Under the pieces are notes generated by a model, which ran no database searches, was not told where the DNA came from, and was given only the letters and a program-made list of their open reading frames with translations. DNA of 21,721 bases, taken from the NCBI GenBank assembly GCA_043228905.1, contig JBHGNT010000523.1, forward strand, positions 1-21,721, written 5' to 3'. A program made the position numbers and the translations under genes. This stretch comes from Azolla caroliniana. Its lineage: Eukaryota; Plantae; Polypodiophyta. This document shows positions 21,037 through 21,721 of this stretch, piece after piece; positions within the stretch are counted from its first letter, which is position 1, and every line of letters starts with the position of its first letter.

Positions 21037-21721
21037 CTATAACAACAAAACAAACCATGGTATCACAGATTTGTCAATGCCTACATGCAGAAATCCAGTT
21101 ACAGAACACAGCCAACTTCATTTCTGTGGAAAATGGGCTGACAATTACATGGGACCCTATATGTATGCTGAACTGTTCAGAAAGCCACTACCCCACACTT
21201 AGGCAAAAGAATGACATCATGAACTCAAATTAGCCACAATATTGTCATACCAATAAATTGGACAGCTAAAATACCCTTATCTTCTCAAACAAGAGGGCGA
21301 GGCTATGGCAAAAGTACCACTTGTAACAGAGTTACTAATGATCTATCACCCCTTGGGCACCAACCAACATGTTACGATATAGATTGTCGTGAATCAACAA
21401 AGTTTTGTCATAACTGTCATTAATCAATTAGCATCTCATGTACAAAGTGCCACCAAGAGACATAATGTAACATACCCATCAAAGGGGATTCATAACCCAG
21501 AGAAGTCACAACAAATAGTGCCATTTCTCTTTGGCACAGACATGGCTGATTCCAACCAGGATCAGGACTCACACATGAATATTTTCATGATATCAAAGTC
21601 ATCATCACAAGGCATGGAGATGTCCTCATTCCACCAATCTTTCCAGACTGGGTTTCCCAATGATGGATATTCTCAGAGGGAAGCAATTTCAGTTCCAATG
21701 ACGGGCACAAACCTGATTGGT

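Overview
Plant nuclear DNA. The element types suggest a non-seed land plant such as a bryophyte or lycophyte, but that is inference. Bases 1-8748 are a nested stack of decayed LTR retrotransposons, resolved here to base-pair junctions. The outermost is a Ty1/copia element (Copia-B, - strand; 5' LTR 8209-8748, tRNA-iMet PBS, gag). Its gag is interrupted by a second copia (Copia-A, + strand; RT-RNaseH, PPT, 3' LTR 6956-7536). The Copia-A RT is interrupted by a tRNA-Trp-primed Ty3/gypsy element (Gypsy-2, - strand; 5' LTR 4901-5710, gag-protease, start of pol). The Gypsy-2 pol is interrupted by another Trp-primed gypsy (Gypsy-1; 5' LTR 20-758, PBS 1-15), and its gag carries two solo LTRs (gypsy-type 2658-3290, copia-type 3386-4046). 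Bases 8749-13400 are AT-rich intergenic DNA with local repeats. A single-exon basic PR-1/CAP gene lies at about 13480-13989 (+); its signal-peptide codons have no in-frame ATG. Six 3' coding exons of a CDKC-related (CKL-type) Ser/Thr kinase gene lie at 17913-21036 (-), with the 5' exons outside the window. I found no wholly new gene system. The most notable signals are a candidate -1 frameshift between protease and RT, a conserved U5 hairpin and possible RCGY target preference in the Trp-primed gypsy family, a tRNA/Pol III-like module inside a solo LTR, and the AUU-start or leaderless PR-1.
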